Shown here piece after piece: positions 18,801 through 27,905 of a stretch of DNA of 64,000 nt. Source of the DNA: Deltaproteobacteria bacterium. Lineage in GTDB: Bacteria > Myxococcota_A > Polyangia > Fen-1088. The translations under genes and the position numbers were made by a program. The notes beneath the pieces were generated by a model that saw only the letters and a list, made by a program, of their open reading frames with translations, was not told the DNA's origin and did no database searches. The stretch lies in assembly GCA_033763315.1 (NCBI GenBank), contig JANRKS010000011.1:96001-160000 (forward strand), in the 5' to 3' direction. Within the stretch, counting starts at the first letter, position 1. Each line of letters begins with the position of its first letter.

Positions 18801-19846
18801 GGCTCACCCAGTCCCCGCGACACACCGAACCACAATTCGGAATGTGTGATCACGTCGATCACCAGCAAGGCTTCCGCCGTGGCGCGTGTGCGATCCACGC
18901 CTGCGGCCACCAGGGCCTTCTGCACCTGGCACGCGATCGCCAAGCGCGTGGCCAAATCAGTGCGGTGCTGCGCAAAGCTGCCGTCTTGCACCCACCGCAG
19001 CGACCACACTTCATCGGCCAGCCAATCCGCCAGCATCACGTCGCTCGATTGCGGCGCTGCTTGCACGCGGCGTTCGCCGGCATCGAAAAAACGCGCCCAC
19101 GGTCGCTCTAAGCGCGGAATGGCGGCGCCATCCAACGCCGCGCCGATGGCGTGGCCCACACAGCTTTTCGCCGTCTCGAAGCTGGAGCCGTCTTTGGCGA
19201 CTTTCAGTTTCGCGGCCAGCTTGTTCCAAGCGAAGCCGGGTGCGAACGCGGGTGCCGCCAAAGCCGCCGCAAGATCATGCGTGGTTTGCAACTTATGCAG
19301 CCATTGCGCCTCGATGGTGCACCATTCGCTAAAGCGCACACGTTGTTTGCCAGCCACCCGAAGCAGGCCGGCCACCGCGTAATCGGGCGCCAGTGGTGCT
19401 TCCGGAATCACGATCTCCTGCGTGACCGCTTCCACAGTAAGCGGAGGGCGTGGGCCTAAGGTGCGGCACGGGCACCGGTGCGGCGTGACCACGCGCAGCC
19501 CGGCAGGCGTTTGCACCAAATTGAATGGAAACCGGCGGCACGTGGCCGGCTTGGCCGTCACCCCCAGTTCGGCGTGCACCCGGCACAAATGATCGTCACG
19601 CAAAAACACGCAACCGCCACTTTGCGTGCGAAAGGCCAATCCTTTCACCGAGGCGTCCGGCGCTGCGGGCTGCGCATGCAAGGCGCGCAACGGCACAAGT
19701 TCCGCCGGTGTTATGGGGCCCAAAACGTGCACGTCCGAACAGCACACACCATCGGCCTGGCACACAAACCGCGCGCCCGGTCGCACCAACAGTGGTTGGC
19801 GCCGTGTGGGCTGCAGGAGGGCAGCGGGGCGTGGGGCGGACGGCAC
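18797..19846 (-). CDS. YkgJ/CxxCxxCC-like (FliB-like) cysteine-cluster protein
   Basis: FVCQADGVCC, GGCVFL...LCRVH, KPATCRRFPF, RCPC; start uncertain (GTG 19846 chosen). Confidence 0.7.
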   Translation of the reverse strand: MPSAPRPAALLQPTRRQPLLVRPGARFVCQADGVCCSDVHVLGPITPAELVPLRALHAQPAAPDASVKGLAFRTQSGGCVFLRDDHLCRVHAELGVTAKPATCRRFPFNLVQTPAGLRVVTPHRCPCRTLGPRPPLTVEAVTQEIVIPEAPLAPDYAVAGLLRVAGKQRVRFSEWCTIEAQWLHKLQTTHDLAAALAAPAFAPGFAWNKLAAKLKVAKDGSSFETAKSCVGHAIGAALDGAAIPRLERPWARFFDAGERRVQAAPQSSDVMLADWLADEVWSLRWVQDGSFAQHRTDLATRLAIACQVQKALVAAGVDRTRATAEALLVIDVITHSELWFGVSRGLGEP

Positions 19847-19953
19847 GTTTGGGTTCTTATCGGATTCGCCCGGCCTGTAAACACCCGCCAAACCGGCGGC
19901 TTGGGGGAACGATGGTTGCCGAAGTTGGGCCGTTGGAGTAAACGAACCCTTCC

Positions 19954-21156
19954 ATGTCGCAAGAAGAGTCCCCGGAAGACTTCGCCAGCCTGTTTGCGGA
20001 GTACGAGAAGAACCAACAAAAGCCCAAACGCCGCGAGCCTCGCGTGGGCGACTCAGTCTCGGGGAAAGTGCTTTCCGTGGGCCGCGACGGCGCCTTTGTG
20101 GATCTGGGCTTGGGGAACGTGGAAGCGCTGCTGGCATTGGACGACATCCGCGATGCCAAAGGCAACGTGAACGTCAAAGTGGGCGACGAGATCAAAGCCC
20201 GCGTGGTGGAAACCGCCGGAAAAACGGGTTGCATCGTGCTTCGTCGATCGATGGCCAAAGGTGCGGCTGGTTCGGCCGAACTGGCGCAAGCGGCGCAGCT
20301 GGGTTTGGCCGTGGAGGGCACCGTGACCGCCGTGAACAAAGGCGGCGTGGATGTGCTCGTGGCCGGTACGCGGGGCTTTTGCCCGATCTCGCAGCTTGAT
20401 TTGCGCCACGTCGAAGACGCCACGCCTTACGTTGGCCAAAAGTATCAGTTCAAGATCACGAAGTACGAAGGCGACAGCCGCGGCGTCAACATCGTTCTGT
20501 CTCGTCGTGCGCTGCAGGAAGAAAGCCGCCGCTCACAGGCCGAAGGCACACGCGCCAAGTTGGCCGTGGGCAACGTCATGCCCGGCGTGGTTTCGTCGCT
20601 GCGCGACTTTGGCGCCTTCATCGACATTGGCGGCATCGACGGTCTGCTGCCGGCTTCTGAGATCAGCCACCAGCGCGGCACAAAGCCCAGCGACGTGCTG
20701 GCCGTGGGGCAGGAGCTTGAGGTGCAGGTGCTCCGCATCGAGAAGACCGACGATCCGAAGCGCCCCGAAAAGATCTCGTTGTCGCTCAAATCGCTGGCCC
20801 GCGATCCTTGGCAGGATGTGGCCGATCGCTTGGCCCCGGGCTCCAAAGTGCAGGCCAAGGTGGCTCGCGTAGAATCGTTTGGCGCCTTCGTCGAGTTGGC
20901 GCCCGGCATCGAAGGCCTCGCTCACATCAGTGAGCTCTCGGGCGGCCGCCAAGCCAAGCACGCACGCGAGGTGGTCAAGCCTGGCGACGTGATCGAGGTA
21001 ACGGTGCTCTCGGTGGATCGGGAGAAACGCCGCATTGCCTTGGGCACGGGCGAACGCGAAGACGTGGTGGATGCCGAAGACATTGCGGCCGCCAAACGTG
21101 CTGCACCCGATCGTTTGGGCACCTTGGGCGATCTGTTCAAGAACCTTAAGCGCTAA
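19954..21156 (+). CDS. S1 RNA-binding repeat protein (short RpsA paralogue, four S1 domains)
   Basis: GFCPISQL, DFGAFIDIGGIDGLLPASEI, FGAFVELAPGIEGLAHISEL, C-terminal LGTLGDLF. Confidence 0.88.
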   Translation: MSQEESPEDFASLFAEYEKNQQKPKRREPRVGDSVSGKVLSVGRDGAFVDLGLGNVEALLALDDIRDAKGNVNVKVGDEIKARVVETAGKTGCIVLRRSMAKGAAGSAELAQAAQLGLAVEGTVTAVNKGGVDVLVAGTRGFCPISQLDLRHVEDATPYVGQKYQFKITKYEGDSRGVNIVLSRRALQEESRRSQAEGTRAKLAVGNVMPGVVSSLRDFGAFIDIGGIDGLLPASEISHQRGTKPSDVLAVGQELEVQVLRIEKTDDPKRPEKISLSLKSLARDPWQDVADRLAPGSKVQAKVARVESFGAFVELAPGIEGLAHISELSGGRQAKHAREVVKPGDVIEVTVLSVDREKRRIALGTGEREDVVDAEDIAAAKRAAPDRLGTLGDLFKNLKR

Positions 21157-21524
21157 GGCAGCGGCGTCACTTCGGTGGGGCTGCTTTGCATCGTGACGAT
21201 GTAATAAGCCAACATCGCCAGGATCATCACCAGCGACACCCATTCGAATGGGATGCGCCCGAACAACAAAAACCGCTTGCCGAAAAAGCGACCGCGCGAA
21301 CGCTGGCGAATTTGCTGCTGGACGTCTTGCAAGAACGTGGGCGGCGCGGCGTGCTTGAGTTGGCTGAGGCTCGCCACGGCCGCGCGCAGCTCGTCTAAGG
21401 CGGCGGCACAGGCGGCGCACGCTTTCACCTCCGCCATCACGGCCCGGCGTTGTTCGTCGCTTAACTCGTTGTCAAGCAGAGCCGAAAACTCAGCTTGGGT
21501 GCTTTCGCAATTGTGATCACTCAT
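21153..21524 (-). CDS. Anti-sigma factor (zf-HC2/ZAS-like) with C-terminal TM helix
   Basis: C...FSALLDNELS...ExxxCAAC, one TM helix; 4-bp overlap with the sigma gene. Confidence 0.8.
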   Translation of the reverse strand: MSDHNCESTQAEFSALLDNELSDEQRRAVMAEVKACAACAAALDELRAAVASLSQLKHAAPPTFLQDVQQQIRQRSRGRFFGKRFLLFGRIPFEWVSLVMILAMLAYYIVTMQSSPTEVTPLP

Positions 21525-22096
21525 CGCGTGTGTGCTTCTAACAAGGCCTTCAAAGTGATGCGCGCGCGGTGCAGCCGCGATTTCACGGTGCCCTCCGGCA
21601 AGCCCGTGATCTCACAAATTTCATCGTAGGCCAGCTCTTCCACGTCGCGCAGCAAGATCAGCAAACGCTGATCTTCGTCCAATTTGGCGATGGCCTTTTC
21701 CAGCAACGAGCCCAGCTCGGCGGCCTCCATCATCACGTCGGGAGCCACCATGTGGCCTGGCACCGAACGTTGCTGGCTGAGCGCCACCTCCTCGTCGTCG
21801 GCTTCCTCGGCGCCCACGCCCGGTCGTCGTGATAAGTACTTGATGCGGTTCTTGGCGTGATTCGCGGCGATGCGAAGCAGCCATGTGGAGAACTTGGATT
21901 CGGCGCGAAACGTCTCGATGCTCTTGAACACCGTGACGAACACCTCCTGCGCGATGTCCTCAGCCTCGCTGCGGTTGCCCACAAAGCGAAACACAAGGTT
22001 GAACACGCGATCACCGTAAAGCTTTACGATGTGGGAGAAAGCTTCTTCGTCTCGCTCACGCAGCCGCGCCAGCAGCAGGCGATCCGAAAGGCTCAT
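21521..22096 (-). CDS. ECF RNA polymerase sigma factor
   Basis: AEDIAQEVF, FSTWLLRIAAN, YDEICEITGLPEGTVKSRLHRAR. Confidence 0.95.
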   Translation of the reverse strand: MSLSDRLLLARLRERDEEAFSHIVKLYGDRVFNLVFRFVGNRSEAEDIAQEVFVTVFKSIETFRAESKFSTWLLRIAANHAKNRIKYLSRRPGVGAEEADDEEVALSQQRSVPGHMVAPDVMMEAAELGSLLEKAIAKLDEDQRLLILLRDVEELAYDEICEITGLPEGTVKSRLHRARITLKALLEAHTR

Positions 22097-22218
22097 TTCG
22101 GGTGCCACCCGTTGCCGGGACCGTACGCGACGAAAAACCGCCTCCACAGAACAACAGACACCCTTGGGCACCCCAGGTTCCCAGACAATGTGCTTTTCCG
22201 TAAGGCGGCGCGCATGGC

Positions 22219-23139
22219 CTAGCCGGGATCGATCGGCGTGGCCGCAAACAGCCGCAAACTAATTGCAAACACCGTGAATTTCGAACCGCCAGAGATGTCG
22301 CGCGAAAAGCCAATGTCGAGCGCACCCAGTTCCGAAACGGCCGAGGCCCCAGCCGAAAGGTAACCCGCGTCGCGCACACCATTCTTGCCGCCGCCCACGC
22401 GCACGGCCACGCCATTGGGGGTCATGTATTCGGCGCCGCCCATGAGGCTGGTCTTGTTGCCCGCTTTGTCGTCGTACGTGGTGAAATCCACAACGGTGTC
22501 GAATGTCACCGTCACCACAGGCAAAGGCATGAACGTAACCCCGCCACCGGCGCTGAACGGCGTAAGCGGCGTCTTCTGATCGTTGAGGTTATAAACGACC
22601 CCCCCGATCGACAATTGATCCACGGGCCGCACCGTGGCACCAAGGTCAAAGTTGAAGCCTGACAGCTTGTCTTTCTCGCCCGTGACGGTTGGCGCCACCG
22701 CTGGCGATTCCGTCGTGAGCCGCAGGTATTTGATTTGCCCACCCACGAACACGCGTTCGCCAAAGGGCACGGCCAGTGCCACGCCGCCTTCATGCCCCGA
22801 AAGCTTCGAGATCCCCGGCTTGGCGTTTAAATACGTGTAGTACGCGCCGCCCGCGATGCGAAAGGCGGAAGTGGAATCCACGATGGAAAGGTGAGGGCGG
22901 TGCGAAGTTTCGTTCTGTGTGAGCTGGTAGCGTGCCTCCACCGCGTAAGCCCGCGCCAGTCCCATGCCCGATGGATTTAGCATGGGCCCCGCATCGCCCG
23001 TGGCGGCCCCACGCAAGGCGCCCCCCATCCCCAACGCCCGCGTGCTCACGTCCTCGGGCCAAGCCGCCATCGCGTGGCCGCCCAGCGCGGCCAAAAGGCC
23101 CAACGCCAGCAGACCGCTTTGTAAGCTTCGTTTGCTCAT
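22219..23139 (-). CDS. Outer-membrane beta-barrel protein (PorV/FadL-like)
   Basis: Signal peptide; RALGMGGA...NPSGM hatch motif; amphipathic strands. Confidence 0.65.
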   Translation of the reverse strand: MSKRSLQSGLLALGLLAALGGHAMAAWPEDVSTRALGMGGALRGAATGDAGPMLNPSGMGLARAYAVEARYQLTQNETSHRPHLSIVDSTSAFRIAGGAYYTYLNAKPGISKLSGHEGGVALAVPFGERVFVGGQIKYLRLTTESPAVAPTVTGEKDKLSGFNFDLGATVRPVDQLSIGGVVYNLNDQKTPLTPFSAGGGVTFMPLPVVTVTFDTVVDFTTYDDKAGNKTSLMGGAEYMTPNGVAVRVGGGKNGVRDAGYLSAGASAVSELGALDIGFSRDISGGSKFTVFAISLRLFAATPIDPG

Positions 23140-23185
23140 GGGAGGCGATTCTAGCTGCACGCGCGCCATCTCGAAGAAATCCATC

Positions 23186-23878
23186 TTATTTCCATCCCCG
23201 TTCGGCCAAACTAACGAAGCCCTCGGCGCCCACGATCACGTGATCCAACACCCCGATGCCGCACAAGGTGCCAACTTGGCGCAGCCGTTCGGTCAAATCG
23301 TGATCTTGTGGCGAAGGCGAGGGATCGCCCGAGGGGTGGTTGTGGCAGAAGATGACGCTGGCCGCGGCTGCACGAATCAGCGGCCGAAACACGTCGCGCG
23401 GGTGCACATCCACGCCGGTTAGGCAGCCGCGCGCGAGGCACATCTCAAGCTGCACCCGGTTGCGCACATCCAGCCCCAAAACCCAGAACTCCTCCACCAA
23501 GCTGTGCGCCAAACGGGCGCGCAAATGTGTCCAGACATCGGACGCCTTGCCCAAAGGTTGGCCCCGCCGTGGCCGGGATCCGGACACCCGCCGCCCCAGC
23601 TCGAAAGCCGCTTGCAGGGTGCAAGCCCGCGCGGTGCCGATGCCTGGCGCCTCCTGCAATTCGATCGGCAGCGCATCGGCCAGGCCGCGCAAGTCGCCGA
23701 AGGTGGCCAACAAGCGGGACGCCACACTGGCCGCGCTGGCGTTTGCCGTGCCTGGACCAACCAGAAGGGTCAGCAATTCAGTGTCAGAGAGGGCCCCCGG
23801 CCCCAGTGAGACGAGGCGTTCGCGCGGGCGATCGTCGGGCGGCAAAGTGGCAGGGGAGGGAGCAAATTGTGGAATCAT
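23186..23878 (-). CDS. radC: RadC/UPF0758 JAB-domain protein
   Basis: DRPRERL..GPGALSDTELL, HhH GIGTA, HPRDVF, HNHPSGDPSPSPQD, LDHVI. Confidence 0.95.
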   Translation of the reverse strand: MIPQFAPSPATLPPDDRPRERLVSLGPGALSDTELLTLLVGPGTANASAASVASRLLATFGDLRGLADALPIELQEAPGIGTARACTLQAAFELGRRVSGSRPRRGQPLGKASDVWTHLRARLAHSLVEEFWVLGLDVRNRVQLEMCLARGCLTGVDVHPRDVFRPLIRAAAASVIFCHNHPSGDPSPSPQDHDLTERLRQVGTLCGIGVLDHVIVGAEGFVSLAERGWK

Positions 23879-23890
23879 TCCCGGCGTCTG

Positions 23891-23906
23891 TGCAGGGGCC
23901 ATGCCA
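23891..23906 (-). promoter_or_regulatory. Putative sigma54 promoter of radC
   Basis: TGGCAT-GGCCC-CTGCA on the minus strand (GG-N10-GC), 12 nt before ATG 23878. Confidence 0.5.
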
Positions 23907-24141
23907 CGCCCGATGCAAAGGCCGGTTGCTAAGGAAAGCAACAAAGCCAAACAAAGTTGTTGTGCTGCCTTCCGGCAGGTGTGCTACGTTTGGCTTCGCA
24001 AACCCGCACAGCGGTACCGGTTCTGCCCCATGCAGCCGGACCGGCGGTTCAGCACGGCTCGCGGCACTTGTTTGCCAGAGCGGTTGGTTGCGGAAGAGGC
24101 TAGGGGCGGAGCCGCTAATGATGTTTTCATAGGAGTTTGTC

Positions 24142-26844
24142 CTGAGTACCGACTCACGTTGGGAGGCCTCGGATGACGAAGCTGCCCCCTCTGCCACTTT
24201 AACAACCCAGCCCGCCGACGACACCAACAACGAAGACGCGTTTGAAGACGATGCCAAATCTGGCTCCGCCTCCGCCGCTTTCGATGGTGACGACGACGAA
24301 TCGGATGATGACGCTTCGGACGACGACGAGTCCGACGACGACGATGAAGGCGACGACGACGACGATGATTCGGATGACGATGATTCGGACGACGACGATG
24401 ACGAAGATGACGACGACGAATCGGATGACGATTCGCAAGACGATGACGACGACGATGACGACGACGAAGATGACGACGACGAGCCAACCGTTGTCATTCG
24501 CCTAAGCGACGACGAAGACGAGCCCGAATCGGCCGAACCGCCCGCGATGGTGGTTCACCCTGGTTTGTTGGTTTCAGCCGCGCCGGAGGAGGAGCACATC
24601 CCCTCGCCGATGCTGCAAAAGGCGTTGGTCAAGCTCAAGGAGGTCTTCAAGATCCCCTCGCTGCGTCCGGGGCAAGCCAAGATCATCGAATCCGTATTGG
24701 CGGGCCGCGACACTTTGGCCGTTATGCCCACGGGCAGCGGGAAGTCGCTCACCTACCAGCTGCCGTCGCTCATTCTCGACGGCCCCACGTTGGTGGTGTC
24801 GCCGTTGTTGGCGCTCATCGAAGATCAGTACAGCAAGCTGGTCAAGCAAGGTGTGCCGGTGGCGCGCATCGATTCGAGCCGCACGGCCAAAGAGCGTGCC
24901 GCCGATCTCGAAGCCGTCCGCCAAGGCAAGATCAAGCTCATTCTGATCACACCGGAATCCGTGGGCTCACCTGCGATTCAAGAGCAACTGGCGGGCGTGA
25001 AGTTCAGCCTGTTCGCCGTCGATGAAGCCCACTGCGTCTCGCAATGGGGTCACGATTTCCGGCCGGCCTACCTAGGCCTCCGTCGCGCCGCCCAGGTGCT
25101 GGGCCGCCCGCCGATCCTCGCGCTTACGGCCACCGCCACCCCGGCAATCGCCGACGACGTTCTGGTTCAGCTGGGCATGAAGGACTCGGAAGTGTTCCGC
25201 GTGTCCTTCCACCGCCCGAACCTCGCGTTCGACGTTCGTAAGGTGGGCGGCGAGGCCGATAAGCTGCGCTTGCTGGGCAAGATGATCCAGCGGCTGCGGC
25301 GCCCCGGCATCATCTACTGCGCCACCACGCGTGCCGTGGATGATCTTTTCATCGCGCTCAAAGCCGGCAAAATCCCCGTCGAGCGGTACCACGGCAAGAT
25401 GACGGCGGGTGAACGCGAAAGTTCACAAGCCTCGTTCATGCAGCACGGGCGCAAGGTGGTGATGATTGCCACCAACGCTTTTGGTTTGGGCATCGATAAG
25501 CCCGACATCCGGTACATCATTCACTATCAGATGCCCGGCTCGCCCGAGGCTTATGTTCAGGAAGCCGGACGTGCGGGCCGGGATGGCAAACTCGCCCGCT
25601 GCATCTTGCTGTTCCAACCTGAAGACATCGACATTCAGGAGTTCTTCCTCAAAGAAGCGCACCCCACCAAGAGCCAGGCGCAAAAGGTGGCCTACGGCCT
25701 TTACGCGTGGACCGATGAGGGCAAAGAAGTGTCGACGCGCGATCTGGCGATGTCGTTGGCTTTGCCCGAACGCCGCGTGCGCGTGGTTCTGTCGGTCCTT
25801 GAAGCCATGGGCGTGGCTGAAGAAGTCAAAGCGTCCAAGTGGCAGGGCGTGAACCCGCGGCCATCCAAAGAAGACATTGATAAGGCCGCCTCCGTGTTCG
25901 AGGCCCGCCGCATTTCGGATCGGCGCCGCTTGGCCGACACCTTGGCGTATATGAACGCCAACGCGTGCCGCGTTCAACTCTTGCGCGAATACTTCGGCGA
26001 GCCGGCCGGCGCACGCTGCGGCTTTTGCGATTCGTGCGCTGGCCTCGACAGCGAGTTGTTCGATCCCGGCGATGCCGACGGTCGCACAAGCTTGCATGAC
26101 GCCACCGACTTCAAAGGCAAAAAGCGCAAGCGCAAGAAGAAGCGCAGCGAAATGCCCACAAGCCAAACGCCACGTGCGCCGACCGGGCCCGTGGTCGTCG
26201 AACGGGTGTTTGCCAGCGCCATTCCCGAGGTGCTTCCACCTTTGGCGGCGCTGCCCTTACCCGAGGAGCCCGAGAGCGAAGCGCAGATCGACGAATCATT
26301 GTGGGCCGCTGTGGATGCCCCAGCGTCTGCTCTGGCGGGCGAAGCCGTGATCGACGAATGGCCGGTGTTCGAGGACGTGGAGCAACCGGCGTTTGTCGAA
26401 CTGCAACCGGGCCTGGACGACGCAACAAGTGCCGTGGCGGGCTTGGCGGCGGACGACTTCGACGGGCTGTGGAATGCTGTGCGCGACGCGAACCTGCGCC
26501 CGTACACCGAATGGCAAGATTCGCCGAAGGTGGCGCTGCCGGTGTTATCAGCCAAGCCGCTGCACAACAGTGGCCATGCCCCGAGTGGTCCCCATGGCCC
26601 GCGTCCGGGTGGCGGCGGTGGCAATAACTTTGCCGCCTCGGCGGATGGACGTGGTCGCCGACGCAACAAGAAGAAAAACCGCGGAAAACAGCGCGGCGGG
26701 CCCGACCGTGAGCGCGACCGCGGCCGCGACAAAGGTCGTCCTGGCCGTCCCCGCGACGAGGGCCGCAACCGCAACCGCGACCGCGACAGAGATCGGGATC
26801 GGGGCCCCCGGCTGCCCGGCTTCTATAATCCCGGCGGCGACTAA
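24142..26844 (+). CDS. recQ: RecQ family helicase with acidic N-terminal and basic C-terminal extensions (probable CTG start; first ATG 24547)
   Basis: MPTGSGKS, DEAHCVSQWGHDFRP, ALTATA, QEAGRAGRDG, Zn motif CR...CGFCDSC; frame open from 24133; AGGAG-6nt-CTG. Confidence 0.85.
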   Translation: MSTDSRWEASDDEAAPSATLTTQPADDTNNEDAFEDDAKSGSASAAFDGDDDESDDDASDDDESDDDDEGDDDDDDSDDDDSDDDDDEDDDDESDDDSQDDDDDDDDDEDDDDEPTVVIRLSDDEDEPESAEPPAMVVHPGLLVSAAPEEEHIPSPMLQKALVKLKEVFKIPSLRPGQAKIIESVLAGRDTLAVMPTGSGKSLTYQLPSLILDGPTLVVSPLLALIEDQYSKLVKQGVPVARIDSSRTAKERAADLEAVRQGKIKLILITPESVGSPAIQEQLAGVKFSLFAVDEAHCVSQWGHDFRPAYLGLRRAAQVLGRPPILALTATATPAIADDVLVQLGMKDSEVFRVSFHRPNLAFDVRKVGGEADKLRLLGKMIQRLRRPGIIYCATTRAVDDLFIALKAGKIPVERYHGKMTAGERESSQASFMQHGRKVVMIATNAFGLGIDKPDIRYIIHYQMPGSPEAYVQEAGRAGRDGKLARCILLFQPEDIDIQEFFLKEAHPTKSQAQKVAYGLYAWTDEGKEVSTRDLAMSLALPERRVRVVLSVLEAMGVAEEVKASKWQGVNPRPSKEDIDKAASVFEARRISDRRRLADTLAYMNANACRVQLLREYFGEPAGARCGFCDSCAGLDSELFDPGDADGRTSLHDATDFKGKKRKRKKKRSEMPTSQTPRAPTGPVVVERVFASAIPEVLPPLAALPLPEEPESEAQIDESLWAAVDAPASALAGEAVIDEWPVFEDVEQPAFVELQPGLDDATSAVAGLAADDFDGLWNAVRDANLRPYTEWQDSPKVALPVLSAKPLHNSGHAPSGPHGPRPGGGGGNNFAASADGRGRRRNKKKNRGKQRGGPDRERDRGRDKGRPGRPRDEGRNRNRDRDRDRDRGPRLPGFYNPGGD
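24289..24483 (+). repeat. Low-complexity GAC/GAT tract encoding poly-Asp
   Basis: 55 of 65 codons are Asp/Glu in the recQ frame, with variation mostly at the third position. Confidence 0.85.
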
Positions 26845-26864
26845 CCGGCCCTTAGGTCATTCGC

Positions 26865-26907
26865 AAATCCCCACGAAGGCACACCTTGTGGGGATTTTGG
26901 CGTTTTT
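26865..26907 (+). terminator. Rho-independent terminator after recQ
   Basis: AAATCCCCAC(g)AAGG-caca-CCTTGTGGGGATTT stem followed by a T-run. Confidence 0.75.
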
Positions 26908-27029
26908 ACGCACTTTGATTGCCTGATTTCCCCTCGCCGGCGTCACAAACAAATTATTGAGGAAGTGCGGTCGTGACGGCCGCGTTCAAAGGTTGGTGGT
27001 CCTGGCCACCGCATGCAAGGGAGTTCAGC

Positions 27030-27848
27030 ATGTTGCGTAGTTGCGTCATCGATCGCCTCCGGGTGTTGTCTTTCATCGGCATTTTGGTTGCAGCCGGATG
27101 CGGCGGTGCTTCGGGTACAGGCGACGACGGCGCGGGCGGCGAGGCTGGTGAGGGAGGCGGCGCAGGCGAAGCCGGGGGTGAAGGCGGTGGGCAGCAAGAG
27201 GGCGGCGCGGGCGGCAACAGCGTGCAAGGCGGCGCAGGGGGCAAGGGTGGCGCTTCGGCCGCGGGCGGCAAAGGCGGTTCCAACCAAGGCGGCAGCGGCG
27301 GCTCCGGTGGCACGACAAGCGGCGGTGGCAGTGGGGGCACAAACAGCGGAGGGCAAGGTGGTGCCGTGGCGGCGTCCCCGCTCGAGTTCTTTAAGAACGA
27401 GTGCGCCTCTTGCCACGGGGAAAAGGGCGAAGGCACCAAAGACGGCCCTGAAATCCAACACCCCGTACGCGCTTTCGCAAAGGAAGTGATCCGCAAGGGC
27501 CGCACGGGCCATCCGGACTATGACGACGACATGGCGGCGTTCTCGAGCACCGTGCTTCCGGACGCCAGCTTGAACGCCATCTTTGATTATCTGGATTCGC
27601 CGCCCAAACCCACGACGGGCAAGGCCCTTTACGTTGATTTCTGCCAAAACTGCCACGGCACCAAGGGCAACAACGGCCTGGCGGCGCATTCGGTGACCAC
27701 ACACATCGCCGACATCCCGCGCCTCGTGCGATCGGGCCATGGTGGAACATCGTATCTGTCACGCACGAGCTACATGCCCGCTTGGACCGCGCAACAGCTT
27801 TCGGACGCTGAGCTCAAACTCATCGCCGACGCCGTGCCTAACTTGTGA
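27030..27848 (+). CDS. Dihaem cytochrome c lipoprotein
   Basis: Lipobox LVAAG-C, long Gly-rich linker, CASCH and CQNCH each followed by a Met ligand motif (MAAF, MPAW); GGGAG SD. Confidence 0.88.
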   Translation: MLRSCVIDRLRVLSFIGILVAAGCGGASGTGDDGAGGEAGEGGGAGEAGGEGGGQQEGGAGGNSVQGGAGGKGGASAAGGKGGSNQGGSGGSGGTTSGGGSGGTNSGGQGGAVAASPLEFFKNECASCHGEKGEGTKDGPEIQHPVRAFAKEVIRKGRTGHPDYDDDMAAFSSTVLPDASLNAIFDYLDSPPKPTTGKALYVDFCQNCHGTKGNNGLAAHSVTTHIADIPRLVRSGHGGTSYLSRTSYMPAWTAQQLSDAELKLIADAVPNL

Positions 27849-27905
27849 GCGTTGTCTAGCGTGACGTGAAGACGCGCCGCGGATCTGCCGAAAGATCCGC
27901 TGGCC

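Noticed and set aside
19847-20137. Long N-terminal extension of the YkgJ-like ORF
   Set aside because: Overlaps the S1 gene head-to-head and is low-complexity Pro/Arg; a shorter start is preferred
23784-24505. Poly-Ser, poly-Thr, poly-Arg and poly-Val ORFs over the GAC tract
   Set aside because: Alternative-frame shadows of the poly-Asp tract; third-position variation fits only the recQ frame
27003-27017. Sigma54-like TGGC...TGCA upstream of the cytochrome gene (similarly CGGCAC...TTGC near 24062)
   Set aside because: GG-to-GC spacing is 9 nt, not the required 10
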